DNA of 56,698 nucleotides, counting the filler, from Bipalium vagum (Eukaryota): the NCBI GenBank assembly GCA_037834085.1. It is 3 parts of 3 records of this genome, joined end to end, with 100 filler letters (N's around TTAATTAATTAA, not from the genome) between each part and the next. Parts side by side here need not be neighbours in the genome. Positions count along the whole stretch, not along the records: positions 38,390 to 56,698 come from JBBMKC010033220.1; 2 more parts are not named here. One strand, written 5' to 3'. A model generated the notes under the pieces. That model was given only the letters and a program-made list of their open reading frames with translations, searched no databases and was not told where the DNA came from. A program made the translations under genes and the position numbers. Of this stretch, positions 51,951-56,698 are shown one piece after another; positions within the stretch are counted from its first letter, which is position 1, and every line of letters begins with the position of its first letter.

Positions 51951-54712
51951 ATTTAAATATTTTATATGTAATATCAGTTATCATTATCTTACTTTTTCAT
52001 AAAATTGGTAGAATTTAAAATTTTTCAAATGAAAAAATTGATGATTTTAATTATTTTAAACATAATAAATATGCCAGTCATACGGAATCGATCCACAAAT
52101 CGATTAAAGTAAAAGATAAAACTGTAAGTGAATTATTAAATTCAACAGATTTAATAAATGACTATTACGCAGGATGTGAATATTATTTCCGTCTATGCTT
52201 TTGTAAAAATTTAATTATTTCCAGCTTCTTCTTTTTGTGTTTATTTCCTCTCAATCACGGTCTGATAAACTAGTCACCTGATTCGTTTTTTTTCCTTCAT
52301 GGCGTCTTCTACACTCTTCCTAGTGTAGATTGATATCTTCTTTAATTAGTTAAGTTATTAATTTTGATCTTTTGAGTTTGTATCATTTAATTTTTATGTA
52401 AATTGTAATATAGTCAATAAAAGTTTGAATAGAGTTGTCTTTATTTATTCTGTTTCTGTTATTAATACACTACCTTCTCACTTAAATAAGAAGTCAGGTA
52501 CAACTTAAATTTAAGATAGAATCAGGAGAAAAAAGTGAATATAATTTAAGATAAAGCACCTTTCGTTAACTTATTCTCAAGGGCTCTCACATAAAACTCG
52601 GTTCCGTCATACTTGACGTGAAAAACACAAAAAAGGAAAAAGTAAGAAAGGTAAATTATGTAATCCTTAAGTTTTGGGGCTGCTGATCCAACCTTTAGTA
52701 CTTATATTAATTATTTAGGTAATAACTTAAAATCCTTTATCAAATTATAGCTTTGAATTTTGAATTTTGTAATATTATTTGATAATTAATTCATCTGGAA
52801 GCAGCGTGAAGCCAAAAGTTTATAAAATTTATTTACATATTTAGTAATAGTTTATTATATATTTATAATCAAATCTAATGAACAAGAAAATAAAATATTT
52901 TTAATATTTTGATAATTGAAGTTGATATCTGTTTCCTTTCTCCTTGCGTCAGCCGAACTACAGATTGTTTTGCGTCTATTTGATTTGAGATTTTTTTTGC
53001 TTCCAGTTGGTTTGCGATTTGTTTCTCGTCCACGTAGAAGAGAATTTCTTGTTAACTAAACCTGATATGTTGACTTCTATTTTTGAAAGCAAATCTTGGA
53101 TAGTATCGGAAATTATAAAGCAGAAAGGTTTAAATGTACCACATTCATTATAAAAAAACTTTTTAAATATTATTTTCTTCTTTTATTATAATTAATTTTA
53201 ACAATTTGGGTTTTTTATAGTATGGAGTAAGTAAAATTATAATAATATTTTTTTTATTTTAGATTTTTTTTTACTTTTATTTAATGTTATATTTAATATT
53301 TTATTTGATAATTATTTTAACAAATGAAAGAAGGATAAAAGGATTACAGGTCTCTACGGGTTCTAATTTTTACAATAAAAATGGTATATAAAACCTCACA
53401 ATATTTTATTTTTCAAGCATAATAAAAATTTTTTTATCAAAAGATCAATTTCAAGAAATCAATGTTTTGGATTTGACTACATTAATGAAGTTAATTGTTA
53501 ATTGTGCCCAAGGTACCATCAGAACTGTTAATAGTAAAATAACAGCCTCTATTTAGTTCAAGATTTGTTTTACTAAAGGTGTAACATTGGTAAAATATAA
53601 GTGTTATTTTACAATTCATATATCATTCGGAAAAACTATTTGAGCAGAATATCATATAAAAGCACAAATTATCTTAGATAATAATTCTACAAAAAGAGAG
53701 TTGTATCCAAATGTTTTGCATCTTATTTGACGGAAAGAAAAACCAGAAGATGAATTGTATTAGTATTTCACAATATGCTTGATATAACTCTTTCAATGCT
53801 AACAAGCTCCACAAAAGATGGATTTCTTGGAAACTCTTGGAGAAGAACTAATTAGACATTATATTGAGAATAGAAAAAGGCTTCCATGTGGTTTTGCATC
53901 TAACGAAATACTTATAAATATGCATACATCTTCAAACACTATCGATGTCATCGTCGGCAACAACAAATACCAAAAGAGGTAGTTGCAAAATTTGCTCAAA
54001 GGTAATAAGACATTGTTTATTTGACGATGTATTCCAAGTACGTGTGAAAACCTCATTTTAGTTTCAATATAGTTTATTATCATAAATAAAAATTAGTTAT
54101 TACTTTCTTTTTTAAAATATAAATAGATAGAAAAACATTAACATTGAAAACATAGTTTGCTTTATAAATACAGATTTTACAGATAAATTACAAATTGGCC
54201 GAAAATGACCATTAACACTCTTGGTGGCCGTGAGAATAAACGTCGTATGATGGTTAAACCTTATTTATTTCCATCGATCTGATTCTGAAATTTTTACTTT
54301 AATAACTTCATATGGTGTAGGAAAAATATTAAAAAGAAATAATATTAATTCTGAAACGAAAAATATTATAAAAAAATATAGAAAAAAAATCTGGCAAAGA
54401 TATAAAAATCTAAATGGATTATTGATAGAGATTGATATTAATTAACTGTCAATTGATGATATAAAAATCCTAAGAGGATGATCAGTTGCGGCTTTACTTT
54501 ATCAATTTCATTCAATAATTATCATTCAAAAAAATGACAAAAAGTGTTATGGTAAATAATTTGTTCTTTTATATATAATTAAATTCCATACCATAAAAAA
54601 GAGTAACGTCGTATAAAGAATATGAAAATTAAATTAAATTTAAATTCACTTACCCTTTCTTCACTTACCGGATCATTTATCCATTTTTATAATTCCATTT
54701 AAGGATGAATTT

Positions 54713-55410
54713 CGGTAGATGTACCACCAATGACATCTTTTGTTTAAATGATTTAAGTTAAGTTTATTTTAGTTAAATTTATTTAGTTATATATTTACAT
54801 TTAGATATAAGATGTCCTACGGTCAGTCCAAAAAGGGAAACGGTCAAAATGGTCAACATTTATAAACAGAAAAGAAATATTAATTAAAAGGAAAGCTTGA
54901 AGGATATGAGAGCCGATTATTTTTAATAAAATTTTAAACCCTTTCTATTTTTATTAAATGGTCATTTTTAAAAAAAAGATTTTTGAATTATGATTTTATA
55001 AATTGTAACAACATGTTAGAGTGTTGAATTTGAATTTGAACTTTTTTATATTTTACAGAAAATAACCGAAGAATGATTAAAAATCACCAATTTGTAGGGT
55101 TTGATGTGAAAACAATTTCGAGAAATCTTTCCATTAACTTTGTATATCTTAAATTCAGTAAATTTACTTATTATAGATATATTTATCTGAATGATAACGG
55201 TTCTCTTTAGGGCCTTGTATATATTGATTGTTAAGAAATAAGTTAAATTTATAATAATAAATAAGACTTATTTAGTTATATACTTATGTGAATAATAAGT
55301 AATTAAATAATCAGTTTTGAATATAATTTTTTAAAAATCGAATTTATATACTGATAAAGCTGCTTTATTTGATGAATTCAAACAAGCGTCAAAAGGTGGT
55401 ACATCTACCG
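54713..55410 (-). mobile_element. Non-autonomous Merlin-family element (MITE-like) with perfect TIRs
   Basis: cggtagatgtaccacc at 54713 and its reverse complement ending at 55410; the reverse complement of about 55310-55414 aligns with the left end of the Merlin at 42703-42805. Confidence 0.8.
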
Positions 55411-55414
55411 AAAT

Positions 55415-55900
55415 ATGTTCTTTGTCTTATATATATTGGCAGCAATCCTTCAATACATCCTGGTAGACATCAAAATTCATCCGATCCAGACACCTTATGA
55501 GAATTCTGCTGTCATTTTCTTAGAATCAAAATCAAATCAGAATCAGAATCAAAATCTTTCCTCCAAATTAAACAGTTTTTGTGGTATATTTTTGATTATA
55601 CTTGGAGCCTTGTGAATTTTGGACGTATTCTCTTCTTCTAGAGAACTGTTCTATTCGGCTTTCATTAGAAAAATAATCTCATTCCAAAAGAAAGAAATAT
55701 TTTGCTGTAATCTCTGCACCACTTTAAGCAATTCTTGATATGTCGCTAAACGAAATATGGTTTCTTCACTGTAGTTCTTCCGAACAAATCATACTTTCTC
55801 AGAATGCGTTTCACAGTACTAATTGGGGAAGTTTGGCTTGATTTCAAATCGATAAATATGTTAAGATCCTAAGACGGATAAGATCCTAAGATGGTTAAGT
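55415..55900 (-). mobile_element. Tc1-type transposase remnant, truncated by the Merlin MITE
   Basis: Reverse strand reads ISTVKRILRKYDLFGRTTVKKPY..CLKWCRDY..WNEIIFSNESRIE..RMNFDVYQDVL. Confidence 0.75.
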
Positions 55901-56319
55901 GATGTTAAACACGGAGCTTAATTTGGGCTTAGGTCTCATTGGTTGAAGGTTGCTTAAGGTTGTATTCGTTATTTAAATTTAATTACTTAAATTAACTGAG
56001 AAAACTTTATGACTTTTAATACTTTCATTTGATCTCAAATAAAGTCTAAAAAATTTATAACTAAATAAATGTCAACGGATGATATCGATCTTGACTGATA
56101 ACCAGGGATTTTACTAATTATAATTTTTTTATTTATGAAAAATTCTCTCGCACTTAGGCTCAGAGGTAATCGGTGGAGAATAAAAATATATTTCACTGCC
56201 CTACTTAGCGTGTGAAATATGAACAATAAAACAAAAAAAACAATAAGAGAAAGGAGATAAAAGGTTAAATGATCCTCAGGTCCTGGCTTGAGTATTTATT
56301 TACTTATTTCGTACAAACT

Positions 56320-56513
56320 GTGTCTTGTCTAGCAAGACACGTCTGTTTAATAATACGATGACAAATATCTATAATAATAATTATTTTAGATCGAGCTAGT
56401 CTTATAATCCCTTGGATATAAGCTAGATTTATATTATATTATTTATATGAATATAACCAATACTTAATTTAGGTCGATGCTAGTCTTATATACCTTCGGT
56501 TATAAGCTACATT
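56320..56513. repeat. Cluster of three hairpins, including a diverged tandem pair
   Basis: gtgtcttg-tctag-caagacac (56320-56340); repeat units at 56385-56429 and 56468-56513. Confidence 0.7.
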
Positions 56514-56698
56514 ACTTTAATTAAGTCTGTTCACCCCACTTAATTAAATGATATAAATTATAACTTACATAGATTTTAATACATTTTTTATGTTAATATA
56601 ATGTAAGCGATGTTTAAATATATCAATATTAAATTAAAAGTGGTACAATTTCAAAAACAGAATTTTATAATGGTAAAATTTTTAACGAAAGAAGAAAG

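Noticed and set aside
53480-54620. piggyBac-like relic or MITE
   Set aside because: Only faint motif resemblance and inconsistent termini; too decayed to call.

Overview
This window is very AT-rich, intron-containing eukaryotic (animal) genomic DNA, not prokaryotic. The composition, (AAT)n tracts, 40-61 nt minimal GT-AG introns and dense decayed mariner elements would fit an invertebrate such as a planarian flatworm, but the taxon is an inference. Host genes I could splice by hand are: a single-exon two-pore channel of the TPC3 type (-, 776 aa), a complete 3-exon alpha-L-fucosidase (-), the last two exons of a calmodulin-like gene (+), the first three exons of flotillin-2 (+), 17 exons (about 833 codons) of IFT122 (-), and two exons of a Cys-rich extracellular protein (+). 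The rest is mostly decayed transposons: several mariner elements (two nested insertions), DD37E, Tc1, pogo/Tigger, Merlin/ISXO2 plus a matching MITE, Chapaev3-like, hAT-like, and Gypsy/LTR pieces. Two artificial spacers (44 N, TTAATTAATTAA, 44 N) mark contig joins that truncate three of the genes. I found no convincing new multi-gene system. The best leads are the intronless TPC3 with non-canonical selectivity filters (TSN/SNN), a 63-bp copy of the flotillin start region inside a mariner, two sense-oriented LTRs just upstream of IFT122, and twin hairpins with a compensatory change near 56.4 kb. All family assignments come from motif recognition by eye; no searches were run.
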